Assembly: GCA_034520665.1 (NCBI GenBank)
Contig: JAXHNJ010000002.1
Location: forward strand, 544,660-608,659
From: Patescibacteria group bacterium
GTDB taxonomy: Bacteria; Patescibacteriota; Patescibacteriia; JAXHNJ01
Direction: 5' to 3'
DNA: 64,000 nt
This document shows positions 18,909 through 26,695 of the stretch, in pieces. Below the pieces are notes generated by a model. That model searched no databases. It was not told where the DNA came from and saw nothing but the letters and a program-made list of their open reading frames with translations. The translations under genes were made by a program, and so were the position numbers. The stretch's first letter is position 1, and each line of letters begins with the position of its first letter.

Positions 18909-19715
18909 ATGAATATTGATTATAATGCTTTAAACGTGTATACAGATGGATCTTCTAAGGGTTCTCCACGGGTTGGAGGCATAGGCATTAGATTGGTCTT
19001 TCCTGAATCGTTAAGTAAATCAGATAATGTAAAAAATATTAATGTCCCCGGATATAAAAATGCAACTAATAATCAAATGGAGCTTCAAGCTTGTATTATT
19101 GCCTTAGAAAAAATAATGAAACTTGATGATCTAAAAAAAATTCAAAGAATTGTCATAAATACTGATTCAATGTATGTTGTGGGTAATTATAAAAAAGCTA
19201 TTTGGAATTGGAGTAGAAATAAATGGAAAAAAAGTTCTGGGGGGCCAGTTCTTAATGCGGAGTTGTGGAAACAATTAATTAGAAACATGAAAAAAATTGG
19301 TGTAAGAGTTGATATATATTATGTTAAGGGACACTCAAAAAGTAAACATAATAAAGAAGCAGACAAATTGGCAAAAAAATCAGCTAATAAATGTAGAAAC
19401 AAACAATTAAGTGTCGTTAATCTTAGAAGAAAATTATCTAATAAAAGTGTATTGTTGGGTAGTGTCAAAATGAGTGGACAGAAAATAAAAATAAGGATTA
19501 TTAGCAGTTCCTACTTAAAAACTCAAAGAATAAAAAAATATAAATATGAAGTAATATCAAAAAAAAGTAAATTTTATAAATGCGTTGATCAGATATATGG
19601 AGATAAAAATATTAAAACTCTTCGAGTTGGTCATAGCTACTTGGTAAGTTTAAATAAAAATAATATGTACCCACAAGTATCAAAAGTATTTTGTGATATT
19701 ACTGAAAAAAACTAA
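18909..19715 (+). CDS. RNase HI-family (RNase H-like) protein with a C-terminal extension of about 110 aa and unknown function
   Basis: YTDGS, MELQACIIAL, TDSMYV, KGHS and KEADKLAK follow the RNase HI DEDD active-site order. The C-terminal 110 aa have no match. Confidence 0.75.
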   Translation: MNIDYNALNVYTDGSSKGSPRVGGIGIRLVFPESLSKSDNVKNINVPGYKNATNNQMELQACIIALEKIMKLDDLKKIQRIVINTDSMYVVGNYKKAIWNWSRNKWKKSSGGPVLNAELWKQLIRNMKKIGVRVDIYYVKGHSKSKHNKEADKLAKKSANKCRNKQLSVVNLRRKLSNKSVLLGSVKMSGQKIKIRIISSSYLKTQRIKKYKYEVISKKSKFYKCVDQIYGDKNIKTLRVGHSYLVSLNKNNMYPQVSKVFCDITEKN

Positions 19716-19843
19716 AAAACTTTCTTTCCTAACTCCCCCATTTGACTAATAAAAAAATATATTATACATTTTATAACCAGCTCTTTTTGATATAGCTTTA
19801 TTAATCCATCCTTAACCCCACCCTTAACCTTGGAGGTGTTAAT

Positions 19844-20104
19844 TTGGGCAGGCATAAATCAGTTATAGAAAAAGGTAAGCAAACTCCCGGCCAAGCCGCT
19901 TCGGCCGCCAGAAAGCGACGCAATCAGGCCAGAAATAAAGCGGCTCTTGAAGAAGAAGCCGAAAGACGTGGGCTGACCGTCAGCGAACTTGTTCAGGAAA
20001 AAACCCTGGTCACAAAGAAAATGATTGAGGAAGCAAGGAACAGGGAATTGCAGGAGAGACTAAAAAGGGAAAAGCGCCGAGAATATTATTCTGGCTTGTA
20101 TTAA
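19844..20104 (+). CDS. Small basic hypothetical protein, GC-rich
   Basis: 86-aa ORF at about 50% GC in a 30% GC background. TTG start. A terminator follows. Confidence 0.45.
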   Translation: MGRHKSVIEKGKQTPGQAASAARKRRNQARNKAALEEEAERRGLTVSELVQEKTLVTKKMIEEARNRELQERLKREKRREYYSGLY

Positions 20105-20124
20105 TTTCATCCAAGAAAATCTAT

Positions 20125-20160
20125 AGCGGTTGTCCATCTGGACAATCGCTTTTTTATTTT
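20125..20160. terminator. Bidirectional rho-independent terminator
   Basis: AGCGGTTGTCCA-tct-GGACAATCGCT hairpin followed by TTTTTTATTTTT. Confidence 0.6.
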
Positions 20161-20178
20161 TCTAATTTTTTTTAAATT

Positions 20179-20523
20179 TTATGGTTTATCTTTTACTGGG
20201 AAGTGATTACTATTTTTTGAAATGGAATGGCTCGAAAGTTTTAGAATTTCATTAAAATTATCATTTTCGGCCGCTTTGTTTCGTTTCTCAAAGCCGCAGA
20301 GACTACAGCGATGGACAATAACGTATTCTCCGCTTTTAACCTTCACCCCGACTGGTTCCATCAATCCCTGACAACTTGCCTGGCGGTCACCAGGATTAAT
20401 ATCTACGTGTTTGCTCCAGAGACATTTTGGACAGTGATTGGTGTAACCGCTTCCCTGCACCAAAAATCCGCACCTTTCACAGGTAAAGTTTTCTTTAGTC
20501 CGTTGAAATTTCCGTGTTTTCAT
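20179..20523 (-). CDS. RNHCP-domain zinc-ribbon protein
   Basis: The TNHCPKC motif matches the RNHCP family signature. Further Cys pairs are CERCG and CSLCG. Confidence 0.7.
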   Translation of the reverse strand: MKTRKFQRTKENFTCERCGFLVQGSGYTNHCPKCLWSKHVDINPGDRQASCQGLMEPVGVKVKSGEYVIVHRCSLCGFEKRNKAAENDNFNEILKLSSHSISKNSNHFPVKDKP

Positions 20524-20857
20524 AATAGAATTTACCTCTTTTTTTACTTATCAAATATTTACTTCTGTCTTCTCTTTATCATAATCAGAAAATAAGAGCA
20601 AGGGGAAGGTAAAATAAATAATTAATTTATAAATTTTAAACCAATTTTAACTATTGTGATTTTTTTTTAATAAAAAAAGCCTGACTGAGGTGGTTGGGCT
20701 GGAAGTGAGGGAAGAAAAATACTTCGACTGATTAATTTTTTTATTTTCCCTTCAAGTCTCCTGATTAGAAGTTTTCCATAGTATTTGCTTGCATTTTTTA
20801 TTAAAATATGATAAAATTAGACTGGAATAAGCTTTAAAGGTATAATACAGTACAAAA

Positions 20858-21457
20858 ATGACCAAAAAACCAAGAAAAGGGGAATATTTAGAGATTTTAT
20901 TAAGGTCTCCTAAAACAGTTTTTTCTGTAAAAGAGGCCGCTTTATTATGGCAAGAAGAATGTGAACAAAGAGTTTCGTTGAGATTGAATAAATACACTAA
21001 AGCTGACAAATTAATCAGATTACGTCGTGGTTTCTATGCTAAAGACGAAAACTATGATCGTTTTGAATTAGCCACAAAAATATACACTCCTTCTTATATC
21101 AGCTTTGAGACTGTATTAACCCGAACAGGTATAAATTTTCAGAAATATGAAAGTATTTTTGTGGCCTCGTATGTTACTAGAAATATTGAAGTTGACGGGC
21201 AAAAAATATCTTATATCCGCATAAAGGATTATGTTTTATCGAATATAAAAGGCATAAAAAACCAAAATGGTGTATCTATAGCCACAAAAGAAAGAGCTTT
21301 TTTGGACCGAATTTATATCAGCCAGGAATATCATTTTGATAATTTAAATGTTTTGAACTGGGATAAAGTTTTTCATATTTTGCCAATTTACGGTAACAAA
21401 AAAATGGAAGAAAGGGTGAATAAATATTTCAAAAATTATACAAAATCAAACATATGA
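20858..21457 (+). CDS. AbiEi-like antitoxin / transcriptional regulator (type IV toxin-antitoxin)
   Basis: N-terminal wHTH-like region. It is paired with and overlaps the downstream AbiEii-like nucleotidyltransferase by 4 nt. Confidence 0.55.
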   Translation: MTKKPRKGEYLEILLRSPKTVFSVKEAALLWQEECEQRVSLRLNKYTKADKLIRLRRGFYAKDENYDRFELATKIYTPSYISFETVLTRTGINFQKYESIFVASYVTRNIEVDGQKISYIRIKDYVLSNIKGIKNQNGVSIATKERAFLDRIYISQEYHFDNLNVLNWDKVFHILPIYGNKKMEERVNKYFKNYTKSNI

Positions 21458-22149
21458 GCGTTGATTATGCTAAACATAAAAATATCTTATTGCAGATTCT
21501 AAAAGATATCTATACTGATGTTACTATTGCTTCACACCTGGGATTTAAAGGCGGAACTGCTGCTTACTTGTTTTATGGACTTGACCGGGATTCCTTTGAT
21601 TTAGATTTTGATTTACTGGATGAAAATAAAATAGAAATAATTTTTGAAAAAATTCATAAGATTATAAAAAACTACGGTAAAATCACTTATTCAAAAATAA
21701 AAAGATTTAATTTATTAAAAGTTATTTCATACGATGAAAAATTACAAAACATTAAAATTGAAATCAACCGCAGAAATTTTGGCTCCAGGTATGAATTAAA
21801 AACTCTATTGGGAATTTCCATGCTGGTTATGAAGAAGGAGGATATGTTTGCTCATAAATTAATGGCTATGCAAGAGCGAGTACATAAAACCAGTCGTGAT
21901 ATTTATGATGTCTGGTTTTTTCTAAAGAATAACTGGCCAATCAACCAAAAAATTGTGGAAAAGAGAGCAGAAACCTCCTATAAAGAGAGTTTGCAGAATT
22001 GTGTTAAACAAATAGAAAAAATAAAAAGCCGCGATTTATTGGTTGGCCTGGGCGAATCATTGTCTAAGTCTCAAAAAGACTGGGCTCGTGCTAAATTAAA
22101 ATCAGAAATTATTTTTTTACTAAAAGCCCGACTAAAAAGTGAAAAATAA
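21454..22149 (+). CDS. AbiEii/AbiGii-family nucleotidyltransferase toxin (DUF1814)
   Basis: FKGGTAAYLFYGLDRDSFDLDFDLL matches the family motif LKGGTAL...R.SEDIDF. Confidence 0.75.
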   Translation: MSVDYAKHKNILLQILKDIYTDVTIASHLGFKGGTAAYLFYGLDRDSFDLDFDLLDENKIEIIFEKIHKIIKNYGKITYSKIKRFNLLKVISYDEKLQNIKIEINRRNFGSRYELKTLLGISMLVMKKEDMFAHKLMAMQERVHKTSRDIYDVWFFLKNNWPINQKIVEKRAETSYKESLQNCVKQIEKIKSRDLLVGLGESLSKSQKDWARAKLKSEIIFLLKARLKSEK

Positions 22150-22407
22150 ATTAGGATGAGTACAAAATTAATAAACCCTTGAAAAGAGTATTATTTTAAG
22201 AAATAATATTTTTGTTCCCAAGCCGGTATATTTTAAGAAACAAATGTTGAGCCAGCTAGAAAATAAACAATAAAAAAGGAACTAATAACAAATTTTAAAA
22301 TATTGTGATTAATAAGCCCTGACCTTATCCCTGGGTTTTTTATTTTTACCAAAATAAAAAAGCCCTTTGATATTATCGCCGGGCTCGGGTTTTTAAATCA
22401 AGAGCTA

Positions 22408-22707
22408 TTAGGGGAGGAGAAGCCGGTACCATTCATCGCGAATGTTAGCTTCGATTTCTCCTTTCATTAGCTTGAAAAGAAAGGGAAGATCAGCTTTGAA
22501 AAAAACCTCACTCTCCCTGACTTCTATCCAGCCGCTGATATTTTTGCCTTTGGCCTGAAAGCTAAAAGAACAGGTATAGCCTTGCCAGTTTTCTGAAAGG
22601 TTTTTGATCAGATCCTGGTGTGCTTTGGCCATGGCAGAGAGCAGCAGCTTGGCTTTAGCCAAGACCTCGTCTTTAGTCAGAGAATATGGTAGATGAACTT
22701 CCATCAT
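22408..22707 (-). CDS. PHA_gran_rgn-like small protein (putative polyhydroxyalkanoic acid system protein family)
   Basis: MMEVHLPYSLTKDEVLAKAKLLLSAMAK...ADLPFLFKLMKGEIEANIRDEW follows the family pattern. RBS AAGGAGG. Its start overlaps the upstream gene's stop as TAATG. Confidence 0.5.
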   Translation of the reverse strand: MMEVHLPYSLTKDEVLAKAKLLLSAMAKAHQDLIKNLSENWQGYTCSFSFQAKGKNISGWIEVRESEVFFKADLPFLFKLMKGEIEANIRDEWYRLLLP

Positions 22708-23273
22708 TACCTCCTTTTTCTGATTCTGTAGGCGTCCAAAACAAAGAAAATTGAAGCTAATTGTTGAGCAAAAAGAATCGGATTCGTGCGGGCTAACATC
22801 AGTGCGGCACAGCAGCCGTTCATTAAGATAAACCAAAGGTAACCCTTGAAATTATCCTTAACTCCGAGCAGAAAAGTGCCGATGAGAAATCCCAAAGCCA
22901 GTCCGAGCTCCAAAATTTGCGTGTAGGAGCTTAAGCCTCTGAGTTTGTAGAAACTTAAGCCGATACCGATACTGGTAATAACTAGAGCGATCCAGTAGAA
23001 CCATTTGGGCGGTCTGCCTTTTCTTTTTATAGCTAGGATGAGACCGGTAGCCATAGAAAAAGCGCCAGCCATTTCAACAAAGGCAGCAATAATATCATTG
23101 CCCGTGTAGAGAATATAAACCCAAGCTGGCAGGCCAATTAGGTAAACCGTCCAGGAAAGGATTTTATTAATCCTTTTTTTCTCTTGGTTTTGGCTTCTTT
23201 CGGCTCGTGAAAAAAAGATCTTGTTAGCTAGATAAAAAGCTCCAGCCCAAAGTTTAATCGGAGAAGCAATCAT
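22707..23273 (-). CDS. Hypothetical membrane protein (about 5 TM) co-transcribed with the PHA_gran_rgn-like gene
   Basis: 188-aa hydrophobic ORF. Its stop overlaps the downstream start. Confidence 0.55.
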   Translation of the reverse strand: MIASPIKLWAGAFYLANKIFFSRAERSQNQEKKRINKILSWTVYLIGLPAWVYILYTGNDIIAAFVEMAGAFSMATGLILAIKRKGRPPKWFYWIALVITSIGIGLSFYKLRGLSSYTQILELGLALGFLIGTFLLGVKDNFKGYLWFILMNGCCAALMLARTNPILFAQQLASIFFVLDAYRIRKRR

Positions 23274-23688
23274 TATCTATCCTACTTTCGTTTTAAAAAA
23301 AGAGCTAACCAATTTTTAACTGAATAGCTTAACATGTTATTTTGGGTTTGTCAACTCCGCCTTTCGCGAAAGGCGGATAAAGCCTTTATTAAACTAATTG
23401 TCAGGTTGATGAGTCATGAGGCTTGCTAAGTGGCGTCTATAAATTCTATGATATTCTATCACTCTTCAAAGCTCAGGCTTAAGCCTTTGCCCCTCAGGGT
23501 GACAAGGCTTTGAAATTTGAAAATATATAAAAAACACCTCATTAAAAAAACGGAGTGTTTTTGTTTACAGGCCGTAATTTTGATGAAGGTGTGGTGAGCG
23601 CAGAAGAACTTGTCACCCTACGGGTGATCCGCCTCTGGCGGAAACCCCACTTACTTATTCTTTTTCTATAATCAAATAAATTATTGGT

Positions 23689-23765
23689 GGGCCGTGAGGG
23701 ATTCGAACCCCCGACACCCTGCTTAAGAGGCAGGTGCTCTAACCAGCTGAGCTAACGGCCCATAC
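23689..23765 (-). tRNA. tRNA-Lys (anticodon CTT) with encoded CCA
   Basis: Reverse complement is GGGCCGTTAGCTCAGCTGGTTAGAGCACCTGCCTCTTAAGCAGGGTGTCGGGGGTTCGAATCCCTCACGGCCCACCA. Confidence 0.8.
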
Positions 23766-23794
23766 AGATAATTAAGTCAATATATCGTTTAAAG

Positions 23795-24020
23795 TAAAAG
23801 GAGGAAAGGCGAAGCGGGCCGGTCTACCATTGTCCCTCTTCGGGGGGATCCGCCCTGTCTGCCACAGGCAGGCTCTGGCGGAAGCTATGTGCCCGCGTTT
23901 AAATTTATATTGAATTCCGGCTTTAGACCGAGATCTTCGATCCGTAGGATCGAGACTAACGGTCTATATTTTATTAATAGCCTTTACACGCCGGAACCCT
24001 GAGCAGCGTCGAAGGGTGGA
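23795..24020. ncRNA. Unassigned structured RNA candidate between two tRNAs (strand uncertain)
   Basis: GC-rich with nested stems, a CCCTC-UUCG-GGGGG tetraloop hairpin and GCGGGC...GCCCGC long-range pairing. It shares the 24-nt motif GCGARGCGGGCCGGTCTACCA with the tRNA-Ala locus at 886-910. No ORF. Confidence 0.35.
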
Positions 24021-24025
24021 GGCGT

Positions 24026-24100
24026 GGTGCCCTCGCTAGGATTCGAACCTAGAATTCCAGTTCCGAAGACTGGCGTGTTATCCATTACACTACAAGGGCT
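24026..24100 (-). tRNA. tRNA-Arg (anticodon TCG) with encoded CCA
   Basis: Reverse complement is GCCCTTGTAGTGTAATGGATAACACGCCAGTCTTCGGAACTGGAATTCTAGGTTCGAATCCTAGCGAGGGCACCA. Confidence 0.75.
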
Positions 24101-24170
24101 ATTAGTATTTTTTAAAAAACACGTGATAAAATTTTATCACGGCTTTTTATAAAAATCAAGTTTAAGCCTT

Positions 24171-25115
24171 TTAAAACGGCTTAATATATTCTCGTTTGTG
24201 TTGGCCGTTTTCCAGTCGTTCGGCTGTGCTGATGGCTGACGCAATTTGGCGAGAGATAATATTAAGCAGGATCTGATTATTGTAGCTGAAATTTTCCTCT
24301 TTTTTATCCACTATAACAATAGCGCCGAGAATATCTTTACCGGCTTTAACTTTAACTCCTAAAGCAGAATTTTTTAAATAAGGTAGATGCCATTTTTTAT
24401 CTTTTTTAAAATCTTCCCGGTCAATAAAAATATCTTCGCCGGATTTAAATATTTCATAGAGAAAAGGATCTTTGTCCAGACTAATATTAAGATTCTTAAT
24501 TTCCTGATTTTTTTTATAGCCAGTAGCTTCCTGGATAACCGCTTTATTTTGCAATGGTTTAAAAAGAACGAAAAAGGCCTGATTAGCTTTGATTATTGTT
24601 AGAATAGATTCCAGGATTAAACTAAGAATATTATAAATATTAGCATAAGTTGAAGCAATACGCCCGGTTGAATAAACAGTTAATAATTTATTATTAGCGT
24701 GGTGCAGTCTTTCAGTTAAGTTTTTTAAAATATTGCCGTAAATTTTATTAGTTAAATCAGGGTTAGTATTTCTAAGTTTTATAAAATCTTTACCCTTGAT
24801 AATTAAAATTTTACCGGCCTCAATTATTTCTCCAAAATGGCTGTGTTTTAATTTGGGGTCAACCAGAGAGCTTTCGACGGCAAAGTTATTAGTAGACATA
24901 AAAGCTAGAGTTTGCTTTTCGTCCCTGATTTCCCGGGATATTCTGAGAAAACCAGATAAAACAATAAAAAATTCTTGGCGTTTATCGCCAGCCTTAAAAA
25001 GTTCCTGGTCTTTTTTTGTTTCTTTAATTTTAGAAATTTTAGCAATCTCGGCCAGTTCATCTGGCTTTAAATTTTTAAAAAGTGTAATTTTTTTTAGTTC
25101 TTTTATATTAATCAT
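24171..25115 (-). CDS. Cyclic-nucleotide-binding (cNMP/CAP-like) plus GAF domain regulatory protein
   Basis: N-terminal cNMP-binding beta-roll (FKAGDKRQEFFIVLSGFLRISR). The C-terminal GAF-like region ends in ISRQIASAISTAERL. Confidence 0.65.
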   Translation of the reverse strand: MINIKELKKITLFKNLKPDELAEIAKISKIKETKKDQELFKAGDKRQEFFIVLSGFLRISREIRDEKQTLAFMSTNNFAVESSLVDPKLKHSHFGEIIEAGKILIIKGKDFIKLRNTNPDLTNKIYGNILKNLTERLHHANNKLLTVYSTGRIASTYANIYNILSLILESILTIIKANQAFFVLFKPLQNKAVIQEATGYKKNQEIKNLNISLDKDPFLYEIFKSGEDIFIDREDFKKDKKWHLPYLKNSALGVKVKAGKDILGAIVIVDKKEENFSYNNQILLNIISRQIASAISTAERLENGQHKREYIKPF

Positions 25116-25125
25116 ATTTTTTATG

Positions 25126-26169
25126 TTATTCTAAGGCTTCCGGATTGACCATATGAGAGATGGCAATAGTTTTAGAAATCTGATCATCTTCGTAGAGTTT
25201 TTTTAATGATTGATCCATAGTAATCATACCTTCTTCAGCCGAGGTCTGAATGGCAGTTTTTATTTGAGCGATTTTATTTTCACGAATAAGATTGGAAATA
25301 GCCGGTGAGTTAATCAGTATTTCCCGACTAGCAATTCGACCGCCATCTTTTTGAGGCATAAGTTGCTGAGAAATAATACCTTTTAAGAAAAGAGAAATTT
25401 GCAGCCTGACCTGGGCTTGCTGATAAGGGGGAAAGACATCAATAATACGATCAATAGTCTGAGCTGCGTTTAAAGTATGTAAAGTAGCTAAAACCAGATG
25501 ACCAGTTTCAGCCAGAGTAATAGTCGAAGCAATAGTTTCCAAATCTCGCATTTCACCGACCATAATTACGTTTGGATCTTGACGCAAGACGTGTTTTAAG
25601 CCTTCAGCAAAAGAAAGCATATCAGAGCCGAGCTGGCGCTGACGGATAATACTTTTTTTAGGATTAAAAATAAATTCAATCGGATCTTCCAAGGTGACAA
25701 TATGAGCCGTTCTTTCATTGTTAATGAGATTGATCATAGCCGCCAAACTAGTTGATTTACCGCAGCCAGTGGGGCCGGTAATTAATATTAAACCCTGTTT
25801 TAAACGCAAAAGATCGTAAACTACTTTAGGCATTTTTAAAGAATCCATAGTTGGTATTTCAGTAGAGATAACTCGAGCCACTAAACCTAAATTATTTTTT
25901 TCCCAGTGAATATTAACCCTAAAACGCGAAACATTTTTTATTTCATGTGATATATCTAATTCACGTTTTTCTTTGATAATTCTCTTTTGTTTATCATTAA
26001 GAATACTTAAACAGAGCTCTTCTGTGTCTTTGGGAGTGAGAACTGGGTAATCCTTTAATTTTGTTAATTCACCGTCTATTCTAAGAATGGGTGGTTGACC
26101 AGCTATAATATGAAGATCTGAGGCATTTTTTTTAACGGCTTCTTTAAACAATTTATCAATTTTGATCAT
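25126..26169 (-). CDS. pilT: Type IV pilus twitching-motility ATPase PilT
   Basis: Walker A GPTGCGKST, Asp box and His box motifs, and the PilT-typical IVTLEDPIEF. Confidence 0.9.
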   Translation of the reverse strand: MIKIDKLFKEAVKKNASDLHIIAGQPPILRIDGELTKLKDYPVLTPKDTEELCLSILNDKQKRIIKEKRELDISHEIKNVSRFRVNIHWEKNNLGLVARVISTEIPTMDSLKMPKVVYDLLRLKQGLILITGPTGCGKSTSLAAMINLINNERTAHIVTLEDPIEFIFNPKKSIIRQRQLGSDMLSFAEGLKHVLRQDPNVIMVGEMRDLETIASTITLAETGHLVLATLHTLNAAQTIDRIIDVFPPYQQAQVRLQISLFLKGIISQQLMPQKDGGRIASREILINSPAISNLIRENKIAQIKTAIQTSAEEGMITMDQSLKKLYEDDQISKTIAISHMVNPEALE

Positions 26170-26311
26170 ATATTTTTTATTAAAAACCTCGGCCTAAAAA
26201 CAGAGATTTATTTTTAATATTTATTTTTCTAATCATTATTTCCCTCATTACAGAGTTAATTTTATCAATAATCAACAGGTTGTGTCAAACACAAAATTAT
26301 TAATATTTTAT

Positions 26312-26350
26312 AAAAAAACAGTTCCTCTAAAAAATGAGGAACTGTTTTTA
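26312..26350. terminator. Perfect 10-bp hairpin, bidirectional terminator
   Basis: ACAGTTCCTC-taaaaaat-GAGGAACTGT flanked by an A-run and a T-run. Confidence 0.6.
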
Positions 26351-26369
26351 CTTTTATTGAAGGATAAAT

Positions 26370-26480
26370 TTATTCGTTATCTTCTTCTTCGCCTTCTTCA
26401 GTTTCTTCTTCTTCTCCGTTTTCTTCAGTTTCTTCTTCTTCATTTTCTTCATTTCCTTCGTCAGTGTTCATATCTTCCAT
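26370..26480 (-). CDS. Small highly acidic protein (36 aa, MEDMNTDEGNEENEEEETEENGEEEETEEGEEEDNE)
   Basis: Strong RBS GGAGGTG 6 nt before the ATG. A perfect terminator hairpin lies immediately downstream. Below the ORF-track size cutoff. Confidence 0.4.
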   Translation of the reverse strand: MEDMNTDEGNEENEEEETEENGEEEETEEGEEEDNE

Positions 26481-26695
26481 GATGACACCTCCTTTCTTTT
26501 TTACTCGCATTTAATTTTTAAAAAGATTTAGTTTAATAAAATCACTGAATTTAAATCAGTGAATTTTATTATTTTGTGCCTTTATACTAGCAGCCAAATT
26601 AGGTCTTGTCAAGGGGGGATGTGGAAAAACTATGTATAAATTTTTTGCTGGGCTAAGATAATTTTAAGGCAAAAATTATCAAAAATAATTTTTAT

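Noticed and set aside
23795-24020. Direct call of RNase P RNA
   Set aside because: The P3-like UUCG hairpin and GGAGGAAAG are present but in the wrong relative order. The P4 pairing partners were not found, and the 230-nt length is short. It is kept only as an unassigned candidate.
26282-26482. 66-aa plus-strand ORF (LLRLLQFLLLL...)
   Set aside because: It is a repetitive Leu-rich translation of the GAA/GAG-rich antisense strand. The minus-strand 36-aa acidic ORF has a real RBS and terminator.
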